This document shows, in pieces, positions 9,119-18,110 of a stretch of 21,395 nucleotides of DNA (positions are counted from its first letter, which is position 1; every line of letters starts with the position of its first letter). The notes under the pieces were generated by a model, which worked only from the letters and a program-made list of their open reading frames with translations, was not told the origin of the DNA and ran no database searches. The stretch lies in NCBI GenBank assembly GCA_035297365.1, contig DATGZA010000034.1, positions 1 through 21,395 of the forward strand. The letters run 5' to 3'. Source of the stretch: Nitrososphaeraceae archaeon (lineage in GTDB: Archaea > Thermoproteota > Nitrososphaeria > Nitrososphaerales > Nitrososphaeraceae). A program made the position numbers and the translations under genes.

Positions 9119-10657
9119 ATGAAATTTAAGACTAAAATACTCGGTATAGAATCTGGGGGAAGACCTGTGATCACTTTGAGTAAGGATGATGCCTATGAGC
9201 TCGGAATAAGGAGCGGAGAACGGGTTAAACTTTTGTATGAAAATAAAGAAATGATTGTAATAGTAAATATTGTTACTAAATCTGTTCCAAAAGGAATTGC
9301 CGGCATTTATGATGAGTTGAGAACAATCGGAAACATTAAGGAAAGTAGTGTTATAGAGATAGAGGTAATTGATTTTCCTCAGTCCATTTATTTTATACAG
9401 AACAAATTGAAAAAAGGTAAGTTAAATTTCAAAGAGATCTTTGAAATAATAAAAGATGTTGCAAATGGAAATCTAAGTGAATCTGAAATTGCTGCTTTCT
9501 TAACTGCCCTTGACCATCAGGGCTTAGATATCGATGAAGCAACTAGTCTTACGCTGGCAATGGTTGAGACAGGCAAGAAGTTACAAATAGCAAATAAACC
9601 AATATGTGACAAGCATTCTATTGGCGGAGTTCCTGGAGATAAAATCACACTTCTTGTAGTTCCTATAATTGCTGCAGCAGGATTAACTATTCCAAAAACT
9701 TCTTCTCGTGCCATAACTTCTGCTAGCGGAACAGCAGATAGGGCTGAAATCCTCATGTCCGTTAATCTTACAATAGAACAGATGAAGATGGTTGTAGAAA
9801 AAACTAATGGTTGTATTGTATGGGGAGGGTCTCTGGAATTAGCACCTGCGGATGATAGGTTCATACAAGTTGAATATCCTCTTTCAATTGATCCTCTCTT
9901 ACTCCCCTCAATCATGGCAAAGAAAAAGGCTGTCGGAGCAAATTATTTGGTATTAGATATTCCATCAGGACGGGGCACAAAAGTAAAAACAACCGGTGAC
10001 GCAGATCAGTTAGCGAAAGAGTTCATGGAGCTTGGAAAAAGATTGGAAATAAAAACTCAATCAATAGTATCATTTGGCGAACAACCGATAGGTAATACTA
10101 TAGGACCAGCTTTAGAGGTCCGGGAAGCCCTAGAAGTACTCCAAGGAAATCAAGTTCCCGATCTTATAGAAAAAGCAATAAACATTTGTGGTTTAATATT
10201 CGGTATGACCGGAATAGGGGGAAAGGAGCTTGCTCTAGATATTTTGAAAAGTAGAAAGGCAGAGAAAAAAATGAAGGAAATAATATACAGGCAAGGTGGT
10301 AATTCAGAGATTCAAATAGAAGATATAAAAATTGGAGACCAAAAGCTAGAAATTCATGCGGAAAATTCGGGAAATGTTCTGTGGTTGGATAACAATATTA
10401 TTGTTACGATTGCGCGTTTGGCTGGTGCTCCCAAAGATAAGGGAGCTGGAATAATTATTCATAAAAAAATAGGACAAAAGGTGAAGAAAGATGATAAATT
10501 ACTTACAATTTTTGCGGAAAAGACAAATAAGATTCACAGCGTAGAAAAGATGGTGACAGAAATAAAACCGTTTCATATTGGTGATAGACAAGAAATGATA
10601 ATTCATACGTTTCTAGATATTCCTGAACCTAAAAAAACGTTCATCTTGGAACGTTAG
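9119..10657 (+). CDS. AMP phosphorylase (archaeal NMP phosphorylase, thymidine phosphorylase family)
   Basis: Extra N-terminal barrel domain, DKHSIGGVPG, PKTSSRAITSASGTAD, LAPADD and ARLAGAPKDKGAG; 512 aa. Confidence 0.93.
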   Translation: MKFKTKILGIESGGRPVITLSKDDAYELGIRSGERVKLLYENKEMIVIVNIVTKSVPKGIAGIYDELRTIGNIKESSVIEIEVIDFPQSIYFIQNKLKKGKLNFKEIFEIIKDVANGNLSESEIAAFLTALDHQGLDIDEATSLTLAMVETGKKLQIANKPICDKHSIGGVPGDKITLLVVPIIAAAGLTIPKTSSRAITSASGTADRAEILMSVNLTIEQMKMVVEKTNGCIVWGGSLELAPADDRFIQVEYPLSIDPLLLPSIMAKKKAVGANYLVLDIPSGRGTKVKTTGDADQLAKEFMELGKRLEIKTQSIVSFGEQPIGNTIGPALEVREALEVLQGNQVPDLIEKAINICGLIFGMTGIGGKELALDILKSRKAEKKMKEIIYRQGGNSEIQIEDIKIGDQKLEIHAENSGNVLWLDNNIIVTIARLAGAPKDKGAGIIIHKKIGQKVKKDDKLLTIFAEKTNKIHSVEKMVTEIKPFHIGDRQEMIIHTFLDIPEPKKTFILER

Positions 10658-11191
10658 AAATCACTTTGCTAAGTATAATGGTATTGAATCTTAAAATCAG
10701 ATTGAATATTTTCCAGATTTCTTTTTTCCGACTTATGTTAATTATTCGATAAAATATTTAATATTATCAATATAATCAATGACCAGACATATAATTTGAG
10801 TGTGCAAAATTCCGAGAAAAATTAGTCTATTTCTAAATATCAGGAGTTCAAAACTAGACCATTATTGGTGAAAACCGACATATTATAAGAAATGACAGAG
10901 CGACAGAATCGATTCGATGTATAAAAATAATTCATAAATTATTCCTGCTACAAAACCTATTAGATTTGATATCATAAGGTGATTCAGTATAGGTTTATGA
11001 TCAAGAATTAGATTTCAAGTTCATCTGATCCCCCGAATCTTTAAACAGATATTTTTTTAACTTAATATACAATATGAAAAGCATATTTGTCCGTCCTTAG
11101 GCCACTCAATTACCCTGTATCTTTCCTTTCTTAGCTAAATTTATTATTGTCTAACATGTATGACCATTATGTTAAAGTGATGTCAGCATAA

Positions 11192-11372
11192 TTATATTAA
11201 TTGGTATATTAATAGTATAATACCCAGACATAGTACTCAGTGCAAAATGATTATAATCTTTTTCTTCCATACCCTGTTGTCTATCTTTTTGATCTTGACG
11301 AATTGATTTTGGAAGGTGAGCAGAATTAGTCACTCTTAAATACTTGTCAATTTTACGTTCCTTATCTTGCAA
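11192..11372 (-). pseudogene. Possible decayed small tail-anchored membrane protein
   Basis: Removing one G from CAGGGTA (about 11272) joins ...IRQDQKDRQQ to VWKKKIIIILH*VLCLGIILLIYQLI*, a basic cluster plus TM helix with one internal stop. Confidence 0.3.
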
Positions 11373-11673
11373 ACTAAATCATTTTTTATATTCTTTTTGT
11401 TCAAATGTTCAATGTATAAAGGATTTACATCAACAAACGCTACGTTTAAAAAAAATCAAAAAAGAATAAAAAAAATATAATGGAATAGCATATCGAAAAT
11501 AATCTTTTTTTCTGCGTTGTAATTAAAAGAGACACTTGGAACCGCCATTCAAGCACATTTAAGAACAATTGTGATTTTGCAATGCATAGCAAGCTATTAG
11601 GAAATTAAGATATAATCTCAAGCTATCAAAGTAATATAGATGTAAATAATTATAATATGATTATTTTTTATAG

Positions 11674-12360
11674 CTATAGATATATACCTAAAATATATCC
11701 AACTGTATATGCAACCACAGCAGCCATTCCTCCTATTAACAATGTATAAAACCCCGAACTAATAACTGATTTATTCACGATTTTTCCCTTAATTGATCCT
11801 ATTATAAAAAAAGATATTCCAGTAAAAATAATAGAATAAATCAGCGCGGAATTTGTTGATAAGATGGCCACGTTCAGAATATATGATATAACGAAAGGAA
11901 CTAAAGGAACCAAGCCAAGTAAATTAAATGCAACAAAAGTTGTAATGGCAGCATCGAGAGGTTTCTTTGTATCATCTATCAATTCCAGTTCCTCTTTCAT
12001 CATTGTATCTAGCCAAATTTTCCTTCTTGAGGTAATTATTTTGACAATGTCATCTAATAGTGCATCCTTGAAACCTTTCTTTTCATAAATTTCTCTTATC
12101 TCTTGTTTTTCCTGTTCTGCTAAATTATCTATTTCCCATTCTTCTTTTTTTCTTTCTTTTTCAATGTACTCTCTACGTGTTTTTACAGACAAATAATTAC
12201 CGATAGACATAGAAAATCCATCAGCAAACAAATTTGCAAATCCTAAAATAATAATAACAGAAACTGGCAAAGATGCTCCGAAAGCTCCTGTAACTACAGC
12301 AAAAGTAGTAACGGCTCCATCAGTAGCACCATAAACAAAGTTCTCTATAGACCACTTCAC
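11674..12360 (-). CDS. VIT1/CCC1 family Fe2+/Mn2+ transporter
   Basis: [25 protein letters not shown], an acidic cytosolic metal-binding domain (EEWEI...MMKEEL) and five TM segments; GTG start. Confidence 0.93.
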   Translation of the reverse strand: MKWSIENFVYGATDGAVTTFAVVTGAFGASLPVSVIIILGFANLFADGFSMSIGNYLSVKTRREYIEKERKKEEWEIDNLAEQEKQEIREIYEKKGFKDALLDDIVKIITSRRKIWLDTMMKEELELIDDTKKPLDAAITTFVAFNLLGLVPLVPFVISYILNVAILSTNSALIYSIIFTGISFFIIGSIKGKIVNKSVISSGFYTLLIGGMAAVVAYTVGYILGIYL

Positions 12361-12484
12361 ATCTAATAATATATGGAGAGATTTAAAAATATATTATATT
12401 TACTATCTTTTAAAAATAATGTCTAAATGAACTGTATTACATTTTTACTAAACATACAAATACCTTTTTCAATAAAATAGAAGA

Positions 12485-13966
12485 ATGGTTACCATGTCAA
12501 CTAAAAGTGATCAAGGTCTTAATGTAACATCAGAACAATTAAAGAAAAAAATGGAAACAGAAGAACCATTAATAATTTTTGATATAGGAGATTTTCAAAG
12601 ATATCAGTCAAAACATATCCCTGGATCTAGTTTTGCTTCCTGTGATGAAGAGTCTAAGAGAAATATAATGCCACGATTGCCGAAGGATATCGAGATCGTT
12701 TTGGTAGGTGACACGGATGAATATCCAAAAGAAATGGCCAAAGCCATGAATTTGATGGGATTAAAAGCAAAATATCTTGAAGGAGGTTTGCAGTCATGGA
12801 AATGGGAAATGTCAAAATCGGAAGAAAAGAACTTGACACCTCAAGACCTAAAAAAAATCCTCGATGAGAATATTACTGCTACGACAAGAGGTAATGAAAT
12901 AATACTTTTAGATGTAAGGCAACCCGATGAATTTGAAAGTTGGCATATTGAAAACAGTCATAATATACCACTAGAGAAAATTACATCATCTCTAAATTCT
13001 TTTGATAAAAAAAGGGAAATAGTTACAATTTGTCCAAGGGGAAATAAAGCGATGATAGCAAAAGCGATGCTACAAAGATATGGATTTACAGCTATGGCAT
13101 TGTCTGGCGGTTTAAGTGCATGGACTACTGCGATTGAAAACCCCTCTACCGAATTTGAAATTATAGATAAAAATGGAAACAAAAAAATAGTAAAAGTTGT
13201 GCAAATAAGAAGAATAGGAAAGGGATGTTTATCTTATTTTTTATCATTTAAAGGCGAGTCCATTGTTATAGATCCTGCATTCCCAGTAGAAAATTATACA
13301 GACCTTGCAAAAATAATTGATTCGAAAATTATCAAGATTTTTGATACCCATCAACACGCAGACCACATATCTGCCGGAAAATCATTGGCTGATATAACAG
13401 GAGCAGATTATTATGTCAGCGATCTAGAGGAATATTCTGAAGAATACATGGGATCAAATATCAAGAAGATAAAGGAAGGTGATATTGAAAAGATAGACGA
13501 GATAGAAATTAAAATATTAAACACCCCAGGACACACAAATGGTAGTCTCTGTTTTCTAATAGGTTCAAAACTTTTGTTTACAGGAGACACTCTTTTTGTT
13601 GATGGGATAGGTAGACCTGATTTGAGAGATAAAGCAGTAGAATATTCAAAATTGCTTTATGATACTATACATGACAAGGTCTTGACTTTGGACGAAAATA
13701 CTGTTGTACTTCCTGCTCATACACAAAAAGGTATTAATTCAAAAATTTTATTATCAGGATTTTTGAAAGAGATAAAAAATAATAATAAAGATTTATTTTT
13801 GTTAAGTGAAAAAGAATTTGTAGATACTATTGCGTCACTAACAATGCCTACTCCTCCCTCCTACAAAGATATAATATCTATAAATAAATATTTCAAAGCA
13901 AAAGATATAGATATGAACAAGATTAATGAATTGGAATTTGGTCCTAACAGATGCATTATTAAATGA
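12485..13966 (+). CDS. Rhodanese-rhodanese-metallo-beta-lactamase fusion (persulfide dioxygenase/sulfurtransferase-like)
   Basis: Rhod1 (HIPGS...YLEGG, no catalytic Cys), Rhod2 (LDVRQPDEF...ICPRGNKA...LSGG), MBL THQHADH, TPGHT, GDTLF, LPAH and C-terminal GPNRC. Confidence 0.9.
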   Translation: MVTMSTKSDQGLNVTSEQLKKKMETEEPLIIFDIGDFQRYQSKHIPGSSFASCDEESKRNIMPRLPKDIEIVLVGDTDEYPKEMAKAMNLMGLKAKYLEGGLQSWKWEMSKSEEKNLTPQDLKKILDENITATTRGNEIILLDVRQPDEFESWHIENSHNIPLEKITSSLNSFDKKREIVTICPRGNKAMIAKAMLQRYGFTAMALSGGLSAWTTAIENPSTEFEIIDKNGNKKIVKVVQIRRIGKGCLSYFLSFKGESIVIDPAFPVENYTDLAKIIDSKIIKIFDTHQHADHISAGKSLADITGADYYVSDLEEYSEEYMGSNIKKIKEGDIEKIDEIEIKILNTPGHTNGSLCFLIGSKLLFTGDTLFVDGIGRPDLRDKAVEYSKLLYDTIHDKVLTLDENTVVLPAHTQKGINSKILLSGFLKEIKNNNKDLFLLSEKEFVDTIASLTMPTPPSYKDIISINKYFKAKDIDMNKINELEFGPNRCIIK

Positions 13967-13984
13967 GGATGTGATAATATAGGT

Positions 13985-14383
13985 ATGAAAAAATTTGTTG
14001 CTATGTTTCTCTGTATGATATTCCTATCGTCAACATTAACATCATTATCATTGACAAATGCAAGTGCTCAGACAGAACCTAAAGTAAATGTTATGTACGA
14101 ATGCGGAACATTAGACGTAAACACTCAGTTAAATGTGAACGGGTTTGAACCGAATAGCAGTGTATCTTGGAAAGTTATTACTCCTACCGATGAAACAGGT
14201 TCTATATTTGGATACTTTGATACCAATAGCACCGGAGGATTTAAAGAATTTACTCATTTGTCCGAATTAAAGCACGCAGATTATTCAGTTCAATTCTTTG
14301 ATGATGCTGATAAGAATGGTCTTCCAGATAAAGGAAAGAAAATATTTACTGCTAAAATGTCTCCGCCAGTTCCATGTAAATAA
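13985..14383 (+). CDS. Secreted beta-rich hypothetical protein
   Basis: Sec signal peptide MKKFVAMFLCMIFLSS...ASA|Q, DADKNGLPD (DxDxNG calcium-loop-like) and two Cys in the mature part; 18-bp gap from the upstream gene. Confidence 0.8.
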   Translation: MKKFVAMFLCMIFLSSTLTSLSLTNASAQTEPKVNVMYECGTLDVNTQLNVNGFEPNSSVSWKVITPTDETGSIFGYFDTNSTGGFKEFTHLSELKHADYSVQFFDDADKNGLPDKGKKIFTAKMSPPVPCK

Positions 14384-14836
14384 TCTAGATTAAATGATTA
14401 GAAATTTTTTAATTCATCTAGATTTTGTCGAAATTTGTTTTTTAAAAAAGATATCAATTATTTTTATGTATATAGAATAAATCAACATAAAAAATTGCTC
14501 AATCTTCATCATAAAATAAATAGATTATAACAATTGAGAGCATCTGAACTGTTGAAGCTCCAATAAATAAGAAGATACTGGTGCCGGAAAGTAACAGCGT
14601 AGATTCGATTCATAGCCAAAGATATAAAACAAATTTGAAGAATTATCAAAAGAAACTCATAGACACGATACATCGCAATTCAATTGATATAGAAGATACA
14701 AAGAAACTACTGACCTGAACAGCTTCAATACCCTACATCAGTAGCACTTGATTTTTTTTCTCCTACATATTGAAGCCTAGGAGAGATGAGAAAAAGACAT
14801 TTTATCTAATACAATTTAATTTTTCAGATTAGTTTC

Positions 14837-14998
14837 CTACAAGTGATTTAAATGAGCATTAATATGCTCATCACAATAATAATTATTACATTCAGGACAT
14901 TGTGATGAAGGTACTTTAGTACAGCCCCTTATTGCACATTTCAATCCATGTAGTGGTCGTCCTCTAGTCTCATCCCATAAATCAGCTATGGCGCCCAT
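14837..14998 (-). CDS. 53-aa Cys/His zinc-finger microprotein (AN1/B-box-like), not in the ORF track
   Basis: MGAIADLWDETRGRPLHGLKCAIRGCTKVPSSQCPECNNYYCDEHINAHLNHL*: C-x4-C-x7-C-x2-C-x4-C-x2-H-x3-H-x2-H. GC is higher than the flanks and TTTAAATA lies at -29..-22. Confidence 0.8.
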   Translation of the reverse strand: MGAIADLWDETRGRPLHGLKCAIRGCTKVPSSQCPECNNYYCDEHINAHLNHL

Positions 14999-15019
14999 AT
15001 AATTAATTAGATATTATGC

Positions 15020-15027
15020 TATTTAAA
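15020..15027 (-). promoter_or_regulatory. TATA box for the zinc-finger microprotein
   Basis: TTTAAATA 22-29 nt upstream of ATG 14998 (leaderless spacing). Confidence 0.5.
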
Positions 15028-15117
15028 CGAATTTGAAGAATAAAATTAAACCAATTTACGGATCGCATATTTTAAAATTTATTAAAATAATTATTTTTTA
15101 GGTAAACAATTCTCTTT

Positions 15118-15552
15118 CTATGTAGACATTTCATTGTTTGAATTTATTTCGACATTTATTGTCCAGATCATGTATGGATGGATAGCACAAATATAACTAT
15201 AAACTCCTTCTCTCTCGAAGGTATAATCAAATTTGTCTCCCGGAAATAAAATGTTTGAGTCAAACAGCGATGAAGGTACTGAAATATTTTTCGAGTAATT
15301 TGAATTTATATTAGGATCGTTATCTAAAACCTCGACACTGTTAACAGTATGAATTGTGCTATCCTCATTTATCCATTCAACAGTGTCACTAACATGAACA
15401 TTCGTTGGATTTGGCATAAAATGTGGAACAGTAACGGTGCCTGCACCTTGAGGAATAGTTATAATAAATTTTTGATTCATTGCATAAGAGCCAGAATACG
15501 AGCTGCAAAAAAAGTATAATAATAGTAATAAAAGAATAATATTATATCTCAT
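15118..15552 (-). CDS. Secreted plastocyanin/azurin-family cupredoxin (type-1 Cu)
   Basis: Signal peptide from ATG 15552 (MRYNIILLLLLLYFF...), VEWINED-x2-IHTV, FDS-x-IL-x-PG and YICAIHPYM (His/Cys/His/Met ligands). The track's start at 15606 is an alternative. Confidence 0.9.
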   Translation of the reverse strand: MRYNIILLLLLLYFFCSSYSGSYAMNQKFIITIPQGAGTVTVPHFMPNPTNVHVSDTVEWINEDSTIHTVNSVEVLDNDPNINSNYSKNISVPSSLFDSNILFPGDKFDYTFEREGVYSYICAIHPYMIWTINVEINSNNEMST

Positions 15553-15903
15553 AAGGAAGCAATGATTATTCACTGTATTATTAATATTTTTCCTAATAAT
15601 GGCCATCAGTAATGATACACCTCATTAATAACATCAATTAAAATGATAACAACAATATTTTTTTATTTTATTTTGTAATTTCATTTGACAAATTTTAACT
15701 TAATATAGATAGAATATTCATAATATCACGTAAGAATTAATCAATTAATTATTTATTACTCTAGCGATATTTGCGGTGAACCCCTGAGATTCGGGTGAGT
15801 TCAAATTCCACAACATCAGTACCTTTTTTTCTATTCTAAAGCAATTTCGGTTGCAAAATTGATAATAAAATAGTTATTACAGTTAACCGAAACTAATACC
15901 ATA

Positions 15904-16365
15904 ATGGAAGATAGCAAACATATCCCTGCGGTAGAAGATATAATGACTCCAATGCCACTAGAAGTAATTAACCTTTCTGACGACGTATATACCGCGTCAA
16001 AATTAATGAAAGAAAAGGAAATCAGTTCAATTATTGTTCTAGACGAAGAAAAGCATCCAATTGGCATAATAACTGAACGGGACATAGTAAGACGGGTTGT
16101 TTGCGATAAGAAAAATGCATCAAATACACCGGTAGAATCAATTATGTCAAAACCATTGGTAACCGTTGAATATAAAGCTAATATTGACGAAGCCGTAGCT
16201 ATTATGACAAAAAACAAAATTAGGAGGCTGCCTATTGTTAAGGATGGTCATTTATATGGTCTTATTACCACAACCGATTTGATTAAATATATGTTTCAGA
16301 AATATGTTACTGATAAGGAAATTTTGAAATCCCTATTAAGATACAAGAAATATTGGGAAGAATAA
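15904..16365 (+). CDS. Stand-alone CBS-pair (Bateman) protein
   Basis: VEDIMT, IGIITERDIV, IRRLPIV and GLITTTDL. Confidence 0.93.
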   Translation: MEDSKHIPAVEDIMTPMPLEVINLSDDVYTASKLMKEKEISSIIVLDEEKHPIGIITERDIVRRVVCDKKNASNTPVESIMSKPLVTVEYKANIDEAVAIMTKNKIRRLPIVKDGHLYGLITTTDLIKYMFQKYVTDKEILKSLLRYKKYWEE

Positions 16366-16810
16366 TGAGAATTTATTAAATTTTAAAACTTTTTAGGATG
16401 GTATGGATAACGCAATTACCATGAATTTCTGCATTATCATAATTAGTTGGCTAATTCTCAAATATGATCCATCAAATTGAGAATTTTCTGCAAAATCATA
16501 AATTAATAAATAAAGCAATAAAATGAATCTCATAATATTTCATAATAACTAACATATAGTATAGTTGTTTTTATGCAGATATTTTAGTGGATCTTTTGTA
16601 ATATCTTAATTCTTTATATTTATTAAAATAAGCGCTTTGACCATGATTCCCAATTGAGAAAGTGATAGTATTTAATATGTAGACAAACTTTAAATTTAAA
16701 TTTTTCATAATCATAATTTTCTAAAATAAAGAAAATCTATTAGAATAAAATTAAATATTGGAGATATTTAATGAAGTTTTTATTTATCTAATAAAAAATC
16801 CTAAAATAGA

Positions 16811-17857
16811 ATGAAGATCAATACTTGTTTAATGCACGATGGATCTTTTTTGATAAAACATTGCAGAATACTTTCAGTTTTTCTTATATTATTTTCTATG
16901 CTTTTGACTCAGATAATAATTGAAGACTCATCGGCTATTTCAAACCAGGCAGCAATTAAACAAATAACTTTAATTGCATATGAAAAGGTTCTACAAATAG
17001 CTCCAGATAATCAATTACATCCCGGTGGTATACTTTATGAGGCGATGACATACAATGGTACTATTCCAGGTCCGACAATTGAATTAAACCAAGGCGACAT
17101 TTTAAATCTAACTCTAAAGAATGCAGCTGATATAGTTCACAGCATCGATTTACACGGTATAAGCGGACCGAGCCAAGCAATATCCGGATCCTTAAAACCG
17201 GGTGAGAGTAAAACTTGGCAAATTACAGCTGAAAACCCAGGAGTTTTTGTTTACCACTGTGATGGTGACAATCTAAATGGTATTTGGGAACATATGTCAG
17301 GAGGTATGTATGGTGGTTTGGTAATTCATCCTCCACAAGAAAAACCAGCAAAAGAATTTTTTATCGCATTTAACGAAGTCTACAATAATAAAGACCAAGG
17401 TTTGTTTGTTGGAAATAATAAAACAGTCGGATCATTTGACATGACTAAATTCCTAAATAATCAGCCTGATTTGATCCTAACTAACGGTATGGCATTTAAA
17501 TATTTTCCACGAATAGGAACAATTGTTAAAATTCAGCTCAATGAAAATGCAGACATGTTTAAAGTAAAAACAGGAGAATTAACTAGATGGCATATTATTA
17601 ACGCAGGCCCCAGAAATGAAATTACTTTTAATTTTGCAGGCGGAATGATAGATAAAATTAATAATAATTTTAACGGATCAGTTATTAAAAATACTGTTCC
17701 TCGAATTTATGAGGTCTCTGTTCCACCCGGAGGAGGAAAAATCATAGAGACAACCTTTCCAGAAGATGGCATCTATTTTGGAAACGATCATGACATTGGA
17801 AATCTGTTAAAAGGTGCAGGGTTTATAGTTTATGCAGAAAAAAATGAGATAAAGTAA
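16811..17857 (+). CDS. NirK-like two-domain multicopper protein, secreted or membrane-anchored
   Basis: YNGTIPGP, HSIDLHG, YHCDG...EHMSGGMYG and GIYFGNDHD give complete T1 and T2 Cu ligand sets; N-terminal hydrophobic segment. The catalytic His position reads TFNFAGG. Confidence 0.85.
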   Translation: MKINTCLMHDGSFLIKHCRILSVFLILFSMLLTQIIIEDSSAISNQAAIKQITLIAYEKVLQIAPDNQLHPGGILYEAMTYNGTIPGPTIELNQGDILNLTLKNAADIVHSIDLHGISGPSQAISGSLKPGESKTWQITAENPGVFVYHCDGDNLNGIWEHMSGGMYGGLVIHPPQEKPAKEFFIAFNEVYNNKDQGLFVGNNKTVGSFDMTKFLNNQPDLILTNGMAFKYFPRIGTIVKIQLNENADMFKVKTGELTRWHIINAGPRNEITFNFAGGMIDKINNNFNGSVIKNTVPRIYEVSVPPGGGKIIETTFPEDGIYFGNDHDIGNLLKGAGFIVYAEKNEIK

Positions 17858-18080
17858 ATGCTGAAAATTACTACAATTTGTTTAAATATAGAAAAAGACA
17901 TGTTGATTATATAGTTCTCTTGTGCGATTAGATCGATTTTCAATGATGTATTCTAAAACTATCATAAAAAAAGTTTTTAGAAAATTTTTCTGTTACTAGA
18001 TTTCACAACATAAATAAATCCAATATTAAAATTTGAGAATAAAAATCGATTAACTTTTATCATAAATTAGTAAACAATAA

Positions 18081-18088
18081 TTTAAATA
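18081..18088 (+). promoter_or_regulatory. TATA box for the DPSL gene
   Basis: TTTAAATA at -30..-23 from ATG 18111. Confidence 0.55.
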
Positions 18089-18110
18089 TCTATTCATAAG
18101 ATCCTTATAA

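Noticed and set aside
5041-13182. ORFs 5041-5235, 6801-7007, 7030-7212, 9517-9915, 11864-12088, 12654-12839 and 12958-13182
   Set aside because: All are antisense inside confident CDSs.
14548-14718. Open stretch TVEAPINKKILVPESNSVDS... resembling a universal stress protein N-terminus
   Set aside because: No start codon, the conserved Asp-Gly-Ser is absent and the similarity does not extend.
5411-15771. TATTACTCTAGC present at both 5411 and 15754 (16/18 identity when extended)
   Set aside because: 12-mer matches are expected by chance in 21 kb of AT-rich DNA, and there are only two copies.
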